Assembly: GCA_963704725.1 (NCBI GenBank)
Contig: OY969934.1
Coordinates: forward strand, 2,880,001-2,944,000
Length of the DNA stretch: 64,000 nucleotides
Reading direction: 5' to 3'
Source of the DNA: an uncultured Actinomycetes bacterium
GTDB lineage: Bacteria > Actinomycetota > UBA4738 > HRBIN12
Under the pieces are notes generated by a model. The model did not search any database and was not told where the DNA came from. It worked only from the letters and a program-made list of their open reading frames with translations. Made by a program: the position numbers and the translations under genes. This document shows positions 29,581-43,940 of this stretch, piece by piece (positions within the stretch are counted from its first letter, which is position 1; every line of letters begins with the position of its first letter).

Positions 29581-29765
29581 GATCCCTCGACCTCCTCCAC
29601 CGTCACCAGGTGGATGACCTTGCCGATCATGCCTCGCACGGCCGGGCTGTCGTCCTTGACCACGGAGTCGCGGATGCGGTGCAGCCCCAGCCGGCGGACG
29701 GTGTCCTTCTGGTCCTTCGGCCGATCGATCACGCTGCGAACCTGGGTCACCCGGAGCTTGGTCAT
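29577..29765 (-). CDS. rpmD: 50S ribosomal protein L30
   Basis: [27 protein letters not shown]. Confidence 0.96.
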   Translation of the reverse strand: MTKLRVTQVRSVIDRPKDQKDTVRRLGLHRIRDSVVKDDSPAVRGMIGKVIHLVTVEEVEGS

Positions 29766-30409
29766 CGCCGGCCTCCTCGCGGGCCGGAGGGCGGGCGCGT
29801 GTCCGGGGAGGCTCCGGCCTGGTCGCCGTAGACCTCCTCGAGCTTGGCGGCGCGCGTCGCCGACAGCCGCGCCTGGGCGGCGGCCACGGCCTCGAGCATC
29901 GGCCGGGGGGCCACGTCCCGGAGCTCGCGGCCGCGCAGGCGGGCCACCTCCTCGGGGCGCTTCAGGCTCTTCAGGCCGGCCATGGCCGCCTTGACGATAT
30001 TGATGCCGTTGGAGGACCCCAGCGACTTCGACAGGATGTCCTTGATGCCGGCGCACTCGACGAGCGCCCGGACCGGGCCCCCGGCGATCACGCCGGTGCC
30101 CGGGGCGGCAGGCTTCAGCAGGACGACGCCGGCTCCGTCCTCGCCGGTCACCTGGTGCGGGATCGTGGTGCCCATCATCGGCACCTCGAACATCTTGCGC
30201 TTGGCCTCCTCAACGCCCTTGGCGATCGCCGCGGGCACCTCCTTGGCCTTGCCGTAGCCCAGGCCGACCCTGCCGGCCCCGTCGCCGACGACGACGAGCG
30301 CGGCGAACGAGAAGCGGCGGCCGCCCTTGACGACCTTGGCCACGCGGTTGATCGCGATGACCCGCTCCTCGTAGATGCTCTTCTCGCTCTGGTTGTCGTA
30401 TCGGCGCAT
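29762..30409 (-). CDS. rpsE: 30S ribosomal protein S5
   Basis: [24 protein letters not shown]. Confidence 0.98.
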   Translation of the reverse strand: MRRYDNQSEKSIYEERVIAINRVAKVVKGGRRFSFAALVVVGDGAGRVGLGYGKAKEVPAAIAKGVEEAKRKMFEVPMMGTTIPHQVTGEDGAGVVLLKPAAPGTGVIAGGPVRALVECAGIKDILSKSLGSSNGINIVKAAMAGLKSLKRPEEVARLRGRELRDVAPRPMLEAVAAAQARLSATRAAKLEEVYGDQAGASPDTRPPSGPRGGRR

Positions 30410-30765
30410 CAGATGTGCAGTCCCTTCTCGCGCGCTCCCTCGGCGAGCGCGGCCACGCGCCCGTGGAACAGCCGGCCCCCGCGGTCGAACACCACCCGGT
30501 CGATCCCCGACGCCTTGGCCCGCTCGGCGATCAGCGCGCCGACCGCCTTGGCCGCCTCGGTCTTGCCGTCGCCGCCGCCTTCGACCTCGCGGTCGGAGGC
30601 CGACGCGATGGTCCGGGCGGCGTCGTCGTCGATCAGCTGGACGTAGATGTGCCGGTTGGAGCGGTACACGGCCAGGCGGGGGCGCTCGGCGGTCCCGGCG
30701 ATCTTGCGCCGGACCCGGACGTGGCGCCGCACGCGTGCCCGGCGTTTGGTCTTGGCTTCCATCAC
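30409..30765 (-). CDS. rplR: 50S ribosomal protein L18
   Basis: [19 protein letters not shown]. Confidence 0.97.
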   Translation of the reverse strand: MMEAKTKRRARVRRHVRVRRKIAGTAERPRLAVYRSNRHIYVQLIDDDAARTIASASDREVEGGGDGKTEAAKAVGALIAERAKASGIDRVVFDRGGRLFHGRVAALAEGAREKGLHI

Positions 30766-31310
30766 GCGCTGCCCTTCGCGGCCTTGCCGGCCTTCTTCCG
30801 GACGTACTCGTTCTCGTACCGGATGCCCTTGCCCTTGTACGGCTCGGGCTTGCGGATCTTCCGGATGTTGGCGGCCACCTCGCCGACCTGCTGCTTGTCG
30901 TTGCCGCGCACCACGATGGACGTGGCGCTCGGCGTCTCGAACTCGATCCCCGCCGGCGCCGGCACGAGCACCGGATGCGAGTACCCCACCTGGACCTCGA
31001 GGTCCGAGCCCTTCATGGCGGCTCGGTAGCCCACGCCCACGATGGCCAGGCGCTTCTCGTAGCCCTTGGTGACCCCCTCGACCATGTTGGCGATCAGGGT
31101 CCTCGTGAGGCCGTGGAGGCTGCGGTGCATCCCCTCGTCGCTCGGCCGCTCGACCCGGATCGTGGCGTCCTGCTTGACGATCCGCATCTCCGGATGCAGG
31201 CGCTGGACCAGGGTCCCCCGCGGGCCCTTCACGGTCACGACGGCGTCCTCGCCGACCTGCACGTCGACGCCACTCGGGATCTCGATGGGCTGCTTCCCGA
31301 TCCGACTCAC
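30762..31310 (-). CDS. rplF: 50S ribosomal protein L6
   Basis: [18 protein letters not shown]. Confidence 0.98.
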   Translation of the reverse strand: MSRIGKQPIEIPSGVDVQVGEDAVVTVKGPRGTLVQRLHPEMRIVKQDATIRVERPSDEGMHRSLHGLTRTLIANMVEGVTKGYEKRLAIVGVGYRAAMKGSDLEVQVGYSHPVLVPAPAGIEFETPSATSIVVRGNDKQQVGEVAANIRKIRKPEPYKGKGIRYENEYVRKKAGKAAKGSA

Positions 31311-31323
31311 CCTGCTCTACCCC

Positions 31324-31734
31324 TCACCACACGTAGGCCAGGACCTCGCCGCCGATCCCCTTGCGGGAGGCGTCGCGGTCCGTCATCACACCCTGCGACG
31401 TCGAGACGATCGCGATCCCCAGCCCCCCCAGCACCCTGGGGAGACCGTCGCGCCTGGCGTACAGCCGCCGTCCCGGCGTGCTCACGCGCTTCAGCCCGGT
31501 GATCGTGCGCTCGCGCTTGGGGCTGTACTTCAGCGTCACGCGGAGCACGCGCTCGATGCCCTCGCCCTCGGGGGCGTACGAGGCGATGAAGCCCTCGGTC
31601 TGCAGGATCTTCAGGACCGCGTCGTTCATCTTCGACGCCGGCACCAGCAGGTCGTCCTTGTACGCGAGGTTGGCGTTGCGGATCCGCGTCAGCAGATCGG
31701 CGATCGGATCCGTCACGTTGGTCGCGAGCCTCAC
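31324..31734 (-). CDS. rpsH: 30S ribosomal protein S8 (start uncertain by a few codons)
   Basis: [23 protein letters not shown]. Confidence 0.97.
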   Translation of the reverse strand: MRLATNVTDPIADLLTRIRNANLAYKDDLLVPASKMNDAVLKILQTEGFIASYAPEGEGIERVLRVTLKYSPKRERTITGLKRVSTPGRRLYARRDGLPRVLGGLGIAIVSTSQGVMTDRDASRKGIGGEVLAYVW

Positions 31735-31916
31735 CATGACGCCTTCGTCACCCCCGGCAGCTCGCCGGCGTGCGCCAGCTCGCGGAAGCAGATCCGGCAC
31801 AGCAGGAACTTGCGGTACACGGCCCTGGGGCGCCCGCACCGGGCGCACCGGGTGTACTCGCGCACCTTGAACTTGCCCTGTCGCTGCTGCTTGTTGATCA
31901 GCGTCTTCTTCGCCAT
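31731..31916 (-). CDS. rpsN: 30S ribosomal protein S14, Zn-binding type Z
   Basis: 61 aa; CARCGR...LCRIC. Confidence 0.97.
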   Translation of the reverse strand: MAKKTLINKQQRQGKFKVREYTRCARCGRPRAVYRKFLLCRICFRELAHAGELPGVTKASW

Positions 31917-31928
31917 ACGTCGTCTCCG

Positions 31929-32513
31929 TCAGGACGCGGCCGCCGTCACCACCGGGATCCCCTCGAACGGGAACCCCAGCGCGACGAGCAGCGCCCGACC
32001 CTCTTCGTCGTTCCTCGCGGTCGTTCCGACCGTGATGTCCATCCCTCGGACCTTGACCACCTTGTCGTAGTCGATCTCCGGGAAGATCAGCTGCTCGGTC
32101 AGCCCGAGCGTGTAGTTGCCGTGCCCGTCGAACGCGTTCGGGTTGAGCCCTCGGAAGTCCCGGATCCGGGGGATCGCCGTCGCGACGAGCCGGTCGATGA
32201 ACTCCCACATCCGGTCGCCCCGCAGGGTGACCTTCGCGCCGATCGACATCCCCTCGCGGAGCTTGAACCCGGCGATCGACTTGCGAGCCTTCGTGACCAC
32301 CGGCTTCTGCCCGGCGATGATCGCCAGGTCGTCGACGGCGGCCTCCAGCATACGACCGTCCTTCAGCGAGTCGCCCACGCCCATGTTGATGGTGACCTTC
32401 TCCAGCCGCGGCACCTGCATCGGGTTGGAGAGCTCGAGCTCGCGCATCAGGCGCGGCACGATCTCCTGCCGGAAACGCGCCTTCAGGCGCGGCGTATAGG
32501 CGCGATCGCTCAC
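31929..32513 (-). CDS. rplE: 50S ribosomal protein L5
   Basis: [27 protein letters not shown]. Confidence 0.98.
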   Translation of the reverse strand: MSDRAYTPRLKARFRQEIVPRLMRELELSNPMQVPRLEKVTINMGVGDSLKDGRMLEAAVDDLAIIAGQKPVVTKARKSIAGFKLREGMSIGAKVTLRGDRMWEFIDRLVATAIPRIRDFRGLNPNAFDGHGNYTLGLTEQLIFPEIDYDKVVKVRGMDITVGTTARNDEEGRALLVALGFPFEGIPVVTAAAS

Positions 32514-32848
32514 AGGTCCTCCCCGCACTTGCGGCACACGCGGACCTTGGTGCCGTCGGGTTCGAGCCGGTGACCCACGCGGGTCGGCTTGCCGCACGAG
32601 CGGCAGTTGATCTGCACGTTCGAGATGTCGATGAACAGCTCCGTGTCGATGATGCCGCCCTGCTGGAGCTGGGAGCCGCTCGCCGAACGCTTGCCCGACG
32701 TCCGCTGGTGCTTCTTGGCCATGGCGGCGCCCTCGACCAGGATCCGGCCCTCGCGGGGCAGCACCCGGATCACGCGCCCGGTGTGTCCCCGGCTCTTGCC
32801 GGCCATCACCGTGACCGTGTCGTCCCTCTTGATGTTCACTCCCGGCAT
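32510..32848 (-). CDS. rplX: 50S ribosomal protein L24
   Basis: [16 protein letters not shown] motif; C-terminal CRSC/CRKC. Confidence 0.96.
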   Translation of the reverse strand: MPGVNIKRDDTVTVMAGKSRGHTGRVIRVLPREGRILVEGAAMAKKHQRTSGKRSASGSQLQQGGIIDTELFIDISNVQINCRSCGKPTRVGHRLEPDGTKVRVCRKCGEDL

Positions 32849-33216
32849 CACAGCACCTCCGGGGCGAGCGAGATGATCTTCATGAACCGCTTCTCCCGCA
32901 GCTCGCGCGCGACCGGACCGAAGATGCGGGTCCCGCGCGGGTTGCGCTGCTCGTTGATCAGCACCACCGCGTTGTCGTCGAACTTGATGTAGGAGCCGTC
33001 GGGTCGGCGGCGCTCCTTGGCGGTCCGAACCACGACCGCCCGAACCACCTCGCCCTTCTTCACGCCGCCGCCGGGGAGCGCGTCCTTCACGGACCCGACG
33101 ATCACGTCGCCGACCCGCGCGTACCGCTTGTGGCTCCCGCCGAGGACGCGGATGCACAGGACCTCTTTGGCTCCCGTGTTGTCCGCGACCTTGCAGCGCG
33201 TCTCCTGCTGGATCAC
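32848..33216 (-). CDS. rplN: 50S ribosomal protein L14
   Basis: [23 protein letters not shown]. Confidence 0.98.
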   Translation of the reverse strand: MIQQETRCKVADNTGAKEVLCIRVLGGSHKRYARVGDVIVGSVKDALPGGGVKKGEVVRAVVVRTAKERRRPDGSYIKFDDNAVVLINEQRNPRGTRIFGPVARELREKRFMKIISLAPEVL

Positions 33217-33225
33217 CGTCTCCCC

Positions 33226-33564
33226 TTACTTCGCCCGCTCGACGATCTCGACGAGGCGCCACCGCTTCGTCTTGGACTGCGGGCGGGTCTCCATCACGCG
33301 CACCATGTCGCCCACGTGCGCCTCGTTGTTCTCGTCGTGCGCGGCGAGCTTGTTCGACCGCGCGACGGTCTTCTTGTAGAGCGGGTGGCGCACCCTGCGG
33401 TCGATGCGGACGAGGACGGTCTTGTCCATCTTGTCGGACACGACCACCCCGGTCCGGACCTTGCGCCGACCCCGCACCGCGGCCGGAGCCGTCTCGGGGG
33501 CCCGCGCCGCCGGGGCGGCGACCGGCTCCTCGATCGGCGTCGTCGGCTCTTCCTGCTCGCTCAC
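33226..33564 (-). CDS. rpsQ: 30S ribosomal protein S17 with N-terminal extension
   Basis: [22 protein letters not shown]. Confidence 0.97.
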   Translation of the reverse strand: MSEQEEPTTPIEEPVAAPAARAPETAPAAVRGRRKVRTGVVVSDKMDKTVLVRIDRRVRHPLYKKTVARSNKLAAHDENNEAHVGDMVRVMETRPQSKTKRWRLVEIVERAK

Positions 33565-34052
33565 GTCTCATCTCCTTCGGGGACCTCGCCCGGGGCCTCC
33601 ATCTCGGCGGGGTCGGCCTCGACGGGTGCCTCGGCCTCAGCGGGTGCCTCGGCCTCAGCGGGTGCCTCGGCCTCAGCGGGTGCCTCGGCCTCGGCGCTCG
33701 CGGCCTCGGCGCTCGCGGCCTCGGCGCTCGCGGCCTGCTCCCTGCGGAGCCGGCGTCGGCGGCCGAAGCCTCGCGCGGGGGCTTCGCTCTCGGCGCCCGA
33801 GCCCTCCTGCACGTCCGCCGGAGCGCCGGCCACCTCGGCCTCCCACGCCTCGGCCTCGCGCTCGAGGTCGCGCTCGCGCAGGATCGTCAGGATCCGGGCG
33901 ACGTCGTGACGGACGTCTCCGATCCGCATCGGGTTGTCGAGCTGGCCCGTCGCGAGCTGGAAGCGCAGGTTGAACAGCTCCTCCTTGGAGGAGTCCAGAC
34001 GCGCCACGAGCTCCTCGTCGCCCAGGTCGCGGAGCTCGCGAACCCTGGTCAC
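33561..34052 (-). CDS. rpmC: 50S ribosomal protein L29 with acidic repeat tail
   Basis: [19 protein letters not shown] core; tail with AEAAS and EAPAEA repeats. Confidence 0.95.
   Translation of the reverse strand: MTRVRELRDLGDEELVARLDSSKEELFNLRFQLATGQLDNPMRIGDVRHDVARILTILRERDLEREAEAWEAEVAGAPADVQEGSGAESEAPARGFGRRRRLRREQAASAEAASAEAASAEAEAPAEAEAPAEAEAPAEAEAPVEADPAEMEAPGEVPEGDET
33624..33735. repeat. Coding tandem repeats in the rpmC tail (18-bp gggtgcctcggcctcagc; 15-bp ggcctcggcgctcgc)
   Basis: About three copies of each unit read directly. Confidence 0.9.
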
Positions 34053-34471
34053 GACTCGCCACCTCCCGCCCGGGTGATGAACTTCGACTTGATCGGCAGC
34101 TTGTGCGCCGCGCGCTGCATCGCCTCGCGGGCAAGGACCTCGGGGACGCCTGCCAGCTCGAACATCACCCGGCCGGGCTTGACGACCGCCACCCAGCCCT
34201 CGGGGTTGCCCTTGCCCGATCCCATGCGGGTTTCGGCGGGCTTCTTCGTGTAGGGCTTGTCGGGGAAGATGTTGATCCACACCTTCCCGCCTCGGCGGAT
34301 GTGTCGGGTGATGGCCACACGGGCGGACTCGATCTGGCGGTTGGTGATCCACGCCGCCTCGAGGGCCACCAGGCCGAAGTCGCCGTAATGCACCTCGGTC
34401 CCGCCCTTGGCCCGGCCGCGTCGCCGGCCACGGTGCACCTTGCGGTGCTTGACCTTCTTCGGGGCCAGCAT
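34049..34471 (-). CDS. rplP: 50S ribosomal protein L16
   Basis: RMGSGKG, AHKLP. Confidence 0.98.
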   Translation of the reverse strand: MLAPKKVKHRKVHRGRRRGRAKGGTEVHYGDFGLVALEAAWITNRQIESARVAITRHIRRGGKVWINIFPDKPYTKKPAETRMGSGKGNPEGWVAVVKPGRVMFELAGVPEVLAREAMQRAAHKLPIKSKFITRAGGGES

Positions 34472-35518
34472 CTACTCCGCCTCCCCCTCGGCGACCGGCG
34501 GTGTGGCCTCCGCGGCGGGGCCCTTCGGCTCCGCATCGACGGCGGCGTCCGTGCTCGGCGCGGCTTCGGGCGTCGATGAGTCGCCGCCGGGTCCCTCCGC
34601 TTCGGCCGTGGCGGTCGTTTCGGACTCGGGCTCCGTCGAGACCGTCGGCTCGGGGGGCGCGACCGGCTCGGGCGGAGCCTCAGCCTCGACGGCTGGGGTC
34701 TCGGGCTCGGCTGGGGTCTCGGGCTCGGCTGGGGCGGGGGTCTCGGGCTCGGCGACCTCGGCGACCTCGGCGGCCTCACGGACGTCGGTGATGAGGGCGC
34801 CGGTGGAGGCGCCGCCGCCGCTCGAGACCTGGGCGATGGCCCGGGCCCGCAGACGCTCGGTCTCCTGCTCGGCCTGCGGGATCTGGTCACCGTGGTAGAC
34901 CCACACCTTCACGCCGATCTGGCCGAACGTGGTCTTGGCCTCCGCCGTGCCGTAGTCGATCTTGGCGCGCAGCGTGTGCAGGGGAACCCGGCCCTCGCGG
35001 TACCACTCGCGCCGCGACATCTCGGTGCCGCCGAGGCGACCGCCGCACTGCACGCGAACGCCGAGCGCGCCCGAGCGCATCGCGGTCTGGACCGCCCGCC
35101 GCATGGCGCGGCGGAAGCTCACGCGGCCGGCGAGCTGCTCGGCCACGCCCTGCGCGAGGAGCGTGGCGTCGGTCTCGGGCCGGGCCTCCGAGGACGCGGA
35201 GTTCATGTCCTCGACCTTCACGTCCACGCGGCGCTTGGTGACGCGCTCGATGTCCTTGCGGATCCGGTCGACCTCCGCGCCCTTGCGCCCGATCACGATG
35301 CCGGGGCGGGCCGTGCGGATGTAGACCCAGATCTGGTCGCCCTTGCGCTCGATGTCGATGCTCGAGATGCCGGCGCGCGAGAGCCGGGAGCGGATGTGCT
35401 TGCGGACCCAGACGTCCTCGTGGAGCTGGGCCGCGTAGTCGCGCCCGGCGTACCAGTTGGACTTCCAGGGGTAGATGACCCCCAGCCGGAACCCGTACGG
35501 ATTGACCTTGTGACCCAC
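34472..35518 (-). CDS. rpsC: 30S ribosomal protein S3 with long acidic Pro/Glu/Ala tail
   Basis: [29 protein letters not shown]; tail with EPETPA repeats. Confidence 0.97.
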   Translation of the reverse strand: MGHKVNPYGFRLGVIYPWKSNWYAGRDYAAQLHEDVWVRKHIRSRLSRAGISSIDIERKGDQIWVYIRTARPGIVIGRKGAEVDRIRKDIERVTKRRVDVKVEDMNSASSEARPETDATLLAQGVAEQLAGRVSFRRAMRRAVQTAMRSGALGVRVQCGGRLGGTEMSRREWYREGRVPLHTLRAKIDYGTAEAKTTFGQIGVKVWVYHGDQIPQAEQETERLRARAIAQVSSGGGASTGALITDVREAAEVAEVAEPETPAPAEPETPAEPETPAVEAEAPPEPVAPPEPTVSTEPESETTATAEAEGPGGDSSTPEAAPSTDAAVDAEPKGPAAEATPPVAEGEAE

Positions 35519-35862
35519 TACTCGTCCTCTCCCAACGACCGGACCACCAGCGTGATGTGCGACGTGCGCTTGAAGACCTTGGTCGCGCGCCCGTACGCCC
35601 GCGGCCGCCACCGCTTGAGCGTCGGCCCCTCGTCCACCCAGGCCCGCTCGACGACCAGGTTCTGGGGCGCCACGCCGGGCTGCTGCTCGGCGTTGGCCAC
35701 GGCCGAGTTCAGCGCCTTCTCCACGGTCTTGGCCGCGCCGAGCGGCGAGAACCGCAGGATGCGCCGGGCGTCCTCGACCTGGCGGCCGCGGATCAGATCG
35801 ATCGCGCGGCGCGCCTTCTGTGGCGTCACCCGGACGTACTTGACGGTGGCCTTCGCTTCCAT
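35518..35862 (-). CDS. rplV: 50S ribosomal protein L22
   Basis: [20 protein letters not shown]. Confidence 0.98.
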   Translation of the reverse strand: MEAKATVKYVRVTPQKARRAIDLIRGRQVEDARRILRFSPLGAAKTVEKALNSAVANAEQQPGVAPQNLVVERAWVDEGPTLKRWRPRAYGRATKVFKRTSHITLVVRSLGEDE

Positions 35863-35880
35863 GTCCCTAGCTTCTCCGAC

Positions 35881-36162
35881 TCATCGTGCCGTGCTCGACC
35901 GCTCGGATCGGGCGTGCGAGCGGAACGTCCGGGTCGGCGCGAACTCGCCCAGCTTGTGCCCGACCATCGACTCCGAGACGTACACGGGGACGTGCTTGCG
36001 CCCGTCGTGCACGGCGATCGTGTGCCCGACCATCTCCGGCGTGATCGTCGAGCGCCGGGACCAGGTCCGGATGACCTTCTTGTCGCCCCGGCGGTTCATC
36101 TCGGCGACCTTGACCATGAGGTGCTCGTCGACGAACGGCCCCTTCTTGATGCTCCTGGGCAT
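35881..36162 (-). CDS. rpsS: 30S ribosomal protein S19
   Basis: [21 protein letters not shown]. Confidence 0.98.
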   Translation of the reverse strand: MPRSIKKGPFVDEHLMVKVAEMNRRGDKKVIRTWSRRSTITPEMVGHTIAVHDGRKHVPVYVSESMVGHKLGEFAPTRTFRSHARSERSSTAR

Positions 36163-36165
36163 CTG

Positions 36166-36996
36166 CTAGCCACGCCCCTTCCCGCGGCGTCGAACGATGA
36201 GCTTGTTCGACGCCTTGTTCTTGTCCCGCGTCCGTCCCTCCTTCTTGCCCCACGGGCTCGTGGGGTGGCGGCCGCCGGAGCTCTTGCCCTCGCCGCCGCC
36301 CAGGGGGTGGTCGACCGGGTTCATGGCCACGCCGCGGACCGAGGGGCGCTTGCGCTTCCACCGGTTGCGGCCCGCCTTGCCGAGCTGGATCAGCTCGTGC
36401 TCCGCGTTGCCGACCTCGCCCACCGTGGCCTTGCAGGCCGCGAGCACCATCCGCATCTCGCCGGAGGGCAGTCGCAGGGTGGCGTAGGCGCCCTCCTTGG
36501 CCATCACCTGGATGCTCGCGCCGGCCGAGCGCGCCATGCGGGCCCCCGCCCCCGGCTTCAGCTCCACGGCGTGCACCGTGGTGCCGACCGGGATGTTGCG
36601 CAGCGGCAGGGCGTTGCCCGGCCGGATGTCGGCGCCGTCGCCCGACAGCAGCCGGTCACCCGTCGCCAGCCCCGTCGGCGCGAGGATGTAGCGCTTCTCG
36701 CCGTCCGCGTAGTGCAGCAGGGCGATCCGGGCGGTCCGGTTGGGGTCGTACTCGATGTGCGCGACCCTGGCCGGGACCCCGTCCTTGTTCCGCTTGAAGT
36801 CGATGATGCGGTACCGCCGCTTGTTGCCTCCGCCCTGGTGGCGCATCGTGATCCGCCCGCCCGAGTTCCGGCCGGCGCGATTGCGGCCCTTGTCGAGCAG
36901 CGACTTCTCGGGCGTGGCCCGCGTGATCTCCTCGAACGAGGAGACGCTGGCGCCGCGTCGGCCCGGCGTCGTCGGCTTGTACTTTCGAACGGCCAT
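36166..36996 (-). CDS. rplB: 50S ribosomal protein L2
   Basis: [20 protein letters not shown]. Confidence 0.98.
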   Translation of the reverse strand: MAVRKYKPTTPGRRGASVSSFEEITRATPEKSLLDKGRNRAGRNSGGRITMRHQGGGNKRRYRIIDFKRNKDGVPARVAHIEYDPNRTARIALLHYADGEKRYILAPTGLATGDRLLSGDGADIRPGNALPLRNIPVGTTVHAVELKPGAGARMARSAGASIQVMAKEGAYATLRLPSGEMRMVLAACKATVGEVGNAEHELIQLGKAGRNRWKRKRPSVRGVAMNPVDHPLGGGEGKSSGGRHPTSPWGKKEGRTRDKNKASNKLIVRRRGKGRG

Positions 36997-37000
36997 CTCG

Positions 37001-37291
37001 CTACTTCCCGGTCTCGAAGATCTCGATGCTGTCGCCCTCGGCGAGGGTGACGACGGCGCGCTTCTCGTCGGGGCGCTTGCCCATCGTGAAGCGTCGGCGC
37101 TTCACCTTCCCCTTGCGGTTCAGGGTGCGCACGGCGACCACGCGGACGTTCCAGATCGCCTGGACCGCCTCCTTGATCTCCGTCTTGTTCGACCGCTTGT
37201 CGACGAGGAACGTGTACGTGTTCCGGTCCAGCCCGGCGTAGGACTTCTCGCTCACCACCGGGCGGTAGATGACGTCGCGGGGCCCCTTCAT
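37001..37291 (-). CDS. rplW: 50S ribosomal protein L23
   Basis: PVVSEKS, NKTEIK; operon position. Confidence 0.97.
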   Translation of the reverse strand: MKGPRDVIYRPVVSEKSYAGLDRNTYTFLVDKRSNKTEIKEAVQAIWNVRVVAVRTLNRKGKVKRRRFTMGKRPDEKRAVVTLAEGDSIEIFETGK

Positions 37292-37968
37292 GCGTCCTCA
37301 CCAGCTTCCTCGTCGGCCGGGGCCGCCGAGACCACGGCCGGCTCGCGCCCTTCGACGACGTCGAGCGCCCCCTGCGTGAGGACGACCCGGTCCGCGGCCA
37401 CGACCTCGTACACGCCGAGGCTCTTGGCGTAGGCGATCCGTACGCCGGCGATGTTCCGGAACGACTTCTCGACGGCGCCCGTCTCGCTCGGCGAGGGCAG
37501 CACGAGCAGGATCCGGCCGTCGAGCTCGAGGGCCGTGATCACGTCCACGGCGGTCTTGGTCTTGGGCACCGTGATCGAGAGGTCGTCGAGCACGACCAGC
37601 TTGCCGCTCACGAGCGCGTCGGTCAGCGCCGAGCGCAGAGCGCCCCGCTTCATCTTCTTGTTGACGCGCATGTCGTGGTCCCGAGGCCTCGGGCCGTGGA
37701 CCACGCCGCCGCCGGCCCACTGGGGGGAACGGTTCGAGCCCTGCCGGGCCCGGCCGGTCCCCTTCTGGCGCCACGGCTTCTTGCCGCCGCCGGAGACCTC
37801 GCCCCGCGTCTTCGTGCTGTGCGTGCCCCGGCGAAGGGCCGCCATCCCCGCCAGGACCACCTGGTGCATCAGCGGGACGCTGACCTTGGCCTCGAACACC
37901 TCCGGGGACAGGTCGCGCGAGGCCACCTTCTTGCCGCTCACCGAGGACAGGACGTCGACCGTCGGCAT
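37288..37968 (-). CDS. rplD: 50S ribosomal protein L4
   Basis: [15 protein letters not shown]. Confidence 0.97.
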   Translation of the reverse strand: MPTVDVLSSVSGKKVASRDLSPEVFEAKVSVPLMHQVVLAGMAALRRGTHSTKTRGEVSGGGKKPWRQKGTGRARQGSNRSPQWAGGGVVHGPRPRDHDMRVNKKMKRGALRSALTDALVSGKLVVLDDLSITVPKTKTAVDVITALELDGRILLVLPSPSETGAVEKSFRNIAGVRIAYAKSLGVYEVVAADRVVLTQGALDVVEGREPAVVSAAPADEEAGEDA

Positions 37969-38624
37969 CAGCGACCCCCCTTGTCGGCGGGGGACTTCAC
38001 GGCGGAGCGCACCATGACGAGCGCGCCGTTCGGACCGGGGACGGCCCCCCGCACCAGCAGGAGGTTGCGCTCGGCGTCCGCGCGGACCACCTCGAGGTTC
38101 AGGACGGTCACGCGCTCGTTCCCCATCTGCCCGGCCATGCGCATGCCTTTGAACACTCGCGAAGGCGTGGCGCACGCGCCGATCGCCCCCGGGGAGCGGT
38201 GCTTGCGCTCGGTGCCGTGGCTGCTGGACAGGCCGCTGAACCCGTGGCGCTTCATCACGCCGGCGAACCCCTTGCCCTTGGAGACCCCGACCACGTCGGC
38301 GAGCTCGCCGGCGGCGAACAGGTCGGCCCGGAGCTCCTGGCCCGGGGTGTAGGAGTCCGCGTCGTCGGTCCGGATCTCGACCACGTACCGCCCCGGCTCG
38401 ACGCCGGCCTTGTCGAAGTGCCCCTTGCTCGGCTTGTTCACGGAGGCCGGGCGGACCTGGCCGAACGCGAGCTGGACGGCACGGTACCCGTCCGTCTTCT
38501 CGGTCTTGACCTGCGCGACGACGCACGGCCCCGCCTGGATGACGGTGACCGGCACGGCGCGCGTGTCGTCGAAGATCTGGGTCATGCCCAGCTTCGTCCC
38601 GAGGATCCCCTTGACCTGTCCCAT
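37968..38624 (-). CDS. rplC: 50S ribosomal protein L3
   Basis: [21 protein letters not shown]. Confidence 0.98.
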   Translation of the reverse strand: MGQVKGILGTKLGMTQIFDDTRAVPVTVIQAGPCVVAQVKTEKTDGYRAVQLAFGQVRPASVNKPSKGHFDKAGVEPGRYVVEIRTDDADSYTPGQELRADLFAAGELADVVGVSKGKGFAGVMKRHGFSGLSSSHGTERKHRSPGAIGACATPSRVFKGMRMAGQMGNERVTVLNLEVVRADAERNLLLVRGAVPGPNGALVMVRSAVKSPADKGGR

Positions 38625-38641
38625 CCCGTCCTCGCGCGCTC

Positions 38642-38950
38642 CTACAGCTTGATCTCGATGTCGACGCCGGCCGACAGGTTCAGGCGCTGGAGCTCCTGGA
38701 CCGTCTTCGACGTGGCGTCGACGATGTCGATGAGCCGCTTGTGCGTGAGCATCTGGAAGTGCTCGCGGCTGTCCTTGTACTTGTGCGGCGAGCGGATCAC
38801 CGTGTACACGGACCGCTCGGTGGGCAGCGGCACCGGCCCGACGACCTTGGCGCCGGTGCGCGTCACGTGCTCGACGATCTCGCGCGCCGCGACGTCCAGC
38901 ATCCGGTGGTCGTAGGCCCGGAGCTTGATTCGGATCCTCGGTCCGGCCAC
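38642..38950 (-). CDS. rpsJ: 30S ribosomal protein S10
   Basis: [20 protein letters not shown]. Confidence 0.98.
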   Translation of the reverse strand: MAGPRIRIKLRAYDHRMLDVAAREIVEHVTRTGAKVVGPVPLPTERSVYTVIRSPHKYKDSREHFQMLTHKRLIDIVDATSKTVQELQRLNLSAGVDIEIKL

Positions 38951-38977
38951 TGCCTTCCTTCTCTCTGTTCGCTCTCG

Positions 38978-40162
<1,185 letters not shown>

Positions 40163-40182
40163 CTCTCCTCGTCTCCTCTGGC

Positions 40183-42348
<2,166 letters not shown>

Positions 42349-42406
42349 CGGACCCCCTCGTGGATCGCCGGGCCCCGTCGGAGCCCGGCCACGGTGTGCT
42401 CGTCGA

Positions 42407-42877
42407 TCACCATCGGTAGTGCGCGAACGCCCGGTTCGCCTCCGCCATCTTGTGCATGTCCTCGCGGCGCTTGACCGAGACGCCCTGGCCGTTGGCGGCG
42501 TCCATGATCTCGCTCACCAGCCGCTCGGCCATCGAGTGCTCCTTGCGGGACCGCGAGTTGTTCACCAGCCACCGCAGCGCGAGCGTCGTCCCCCGGGGCG
42601 GCCGGACCTCCACCGGGACCTGGTAGTTGGCGCCACCCACCCGGCGCGAGCGGACCTCGAGCAGGGGCCGGACGTTCTCCACGGCCTTCTTCAGCGTGAT
42701 GACCGGGTCGTTCGCGGTCCGCTCGCTGATCACCTCGAGGGCCTTGTAGACCGTGCGCTCGGCGAGCGTCTTCTTGCCGTCCAGGAGCACCTTGTTGATG
42801 AGCTGGGTGACCAGGACGTTCTGGTAGACCGGATCCGGCTGGATGTCTCGATGCGCGGCGGGACCCTTGCGCGGCAT
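42407..42877 (-). CDS. rpsG: 30S ribosomal protein S7
   Basis: [27 protein letters not shown]. Confidence 0.98.
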   Translation of the reverse strand: MPRKGPAAHRDIQPDPVYQNVLVTQLINKVLLDGKKTLAERTVYKALEVISERTANDPVITLKKAVENVRPLLEVRSRRVGGANYQVPVEVRPPRGTTLALRWLVNNSRSRKEHSMAERLVSEIMDAANGQGVSVKRREDMHKMAEANRAFAHYRW

Positions 42878-42879
42878 GC

Positions 42880-43254
42880 TCAGTCGCCGCCCTTCTTGGC
42901 CCCGTAGCGGGAGCGGGCCTTCTTGCGGTCCTTGACCCCCGCCGTGTCCAGCGTGCCCCGGATGATCTTGTAGCGGACCCCCGGGAGGTCGCGGACCCGG
43001 CCGGCCCGTACGAGCACGATCGAGTGCTCCTGCAGGTTGTGGCCGACGCCCGGGATGTAGGCCGTGACCTCGATCTGGGACGTCAGGCGGACCCGGGCGA
43101 CCTTGCGAAGCGCCGAGTTGGGCTTCTTGGGGGTGGTGGTGTACACGCGCGTGCAGACGCCCCGCCGTTGCGGGGAGCCCTTCAGGGCCGGGGCCTTCGT
43201 CTTTTCCTTCGGCCGCTTCCGGCCGTTCCGGACGAGTTGCTGGATCGTGGGCAT
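42880..43254 (-). CDS. rpsL: 30S ribosomal protein S12
   Basis: [26 protein letters not shown]. Confidence 0.99.
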   Translation of the reverse strand: MPTIQQLVRNGRKRPKEKTKAPALKGSPQRRGVCTRVYTTTPKKPNSALRKVARVRLTSQIEVTAYIPGVGHNLQEHSIVLVRAGRVRDLPGVRYKIIRGTLDTAGVKDRKKARSRYGAKKGGD

Positions 43255-43436
43255 GGCGCCTCTCGTCTGCACTCTCGTTTGTCAACCGAACCGGTGGCCC
43301 GAACGTCGATGAAGCCGGACCGCGGGCCCGGCTTCCAGGGTGGTGGTGCTGCTCTGGGCGCAGAATCTGCCTGGAGCGTCCCTCCTGGAAGCGTGCTGAA
43401 TGCCGGACCCGCCCGCCGAGCCCGACGCGAGCAATG

Positions 43437-43466
43437 AGGCTACTAGGCACGGAGCGCGTGCGTCAA
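43437..43466 (-). promoter_or_regulatory. Promoter of the str (rpsL) operon
   Basis: TTGACG-18 nt-TAGCCT on the minus strand, about 180 nt upstream of rpsL. Confidence 0.65.
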
Positions 43467-43940
43467 CGAGCCGACCCGAGAAGGCCGAACGCTCGTTCGG
43501 CTCGGGCCGTCCTAGGCCCCTCCTGCCTGCGTGAGGTGCGCCTCCCGCCTAGCGGACAAGCCGCTTCACGCGCCAGGGCTCGGCCGTATCGGCCTTCGCG
43601 TCCCTCCTCGTTGCCCTCTGGCGTCGCCGGCCGGGCCTAGCCTTCCTGCCAGCGACGCCATCGATCCTGCTCTCGATAGGTCGTGGTGGGACCCCTCGTC
43701 GCGGTGACTCCGGGCCATCTTCTGCCTGGTCGACGTGCCTCAAGTCATCGCCGATGTGATTGGGCGAGGGCCGCATAGTTGGCCTCGGCCTGCCCTCTTG
43801 GCGGATGCTTCGGGGGGCGATGGCCTTCGAGCCGGGCGGAGGGCCCGGAAGCCGGCAAAGTCTCGGGGTCGGCCTCGCGCCCACGGCCCGCTGCTACGAT
43901 CGGGTTCCCCCACGACCGATCCGGCGAAGGAGGCCACGCG

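Noticed and set aside
43500-43940. Small ORFs between the rpsL promoter and gmd
   Set aside because: No motifs, RBS or consistent codon bias; treated as intergenic or decayed DNA.
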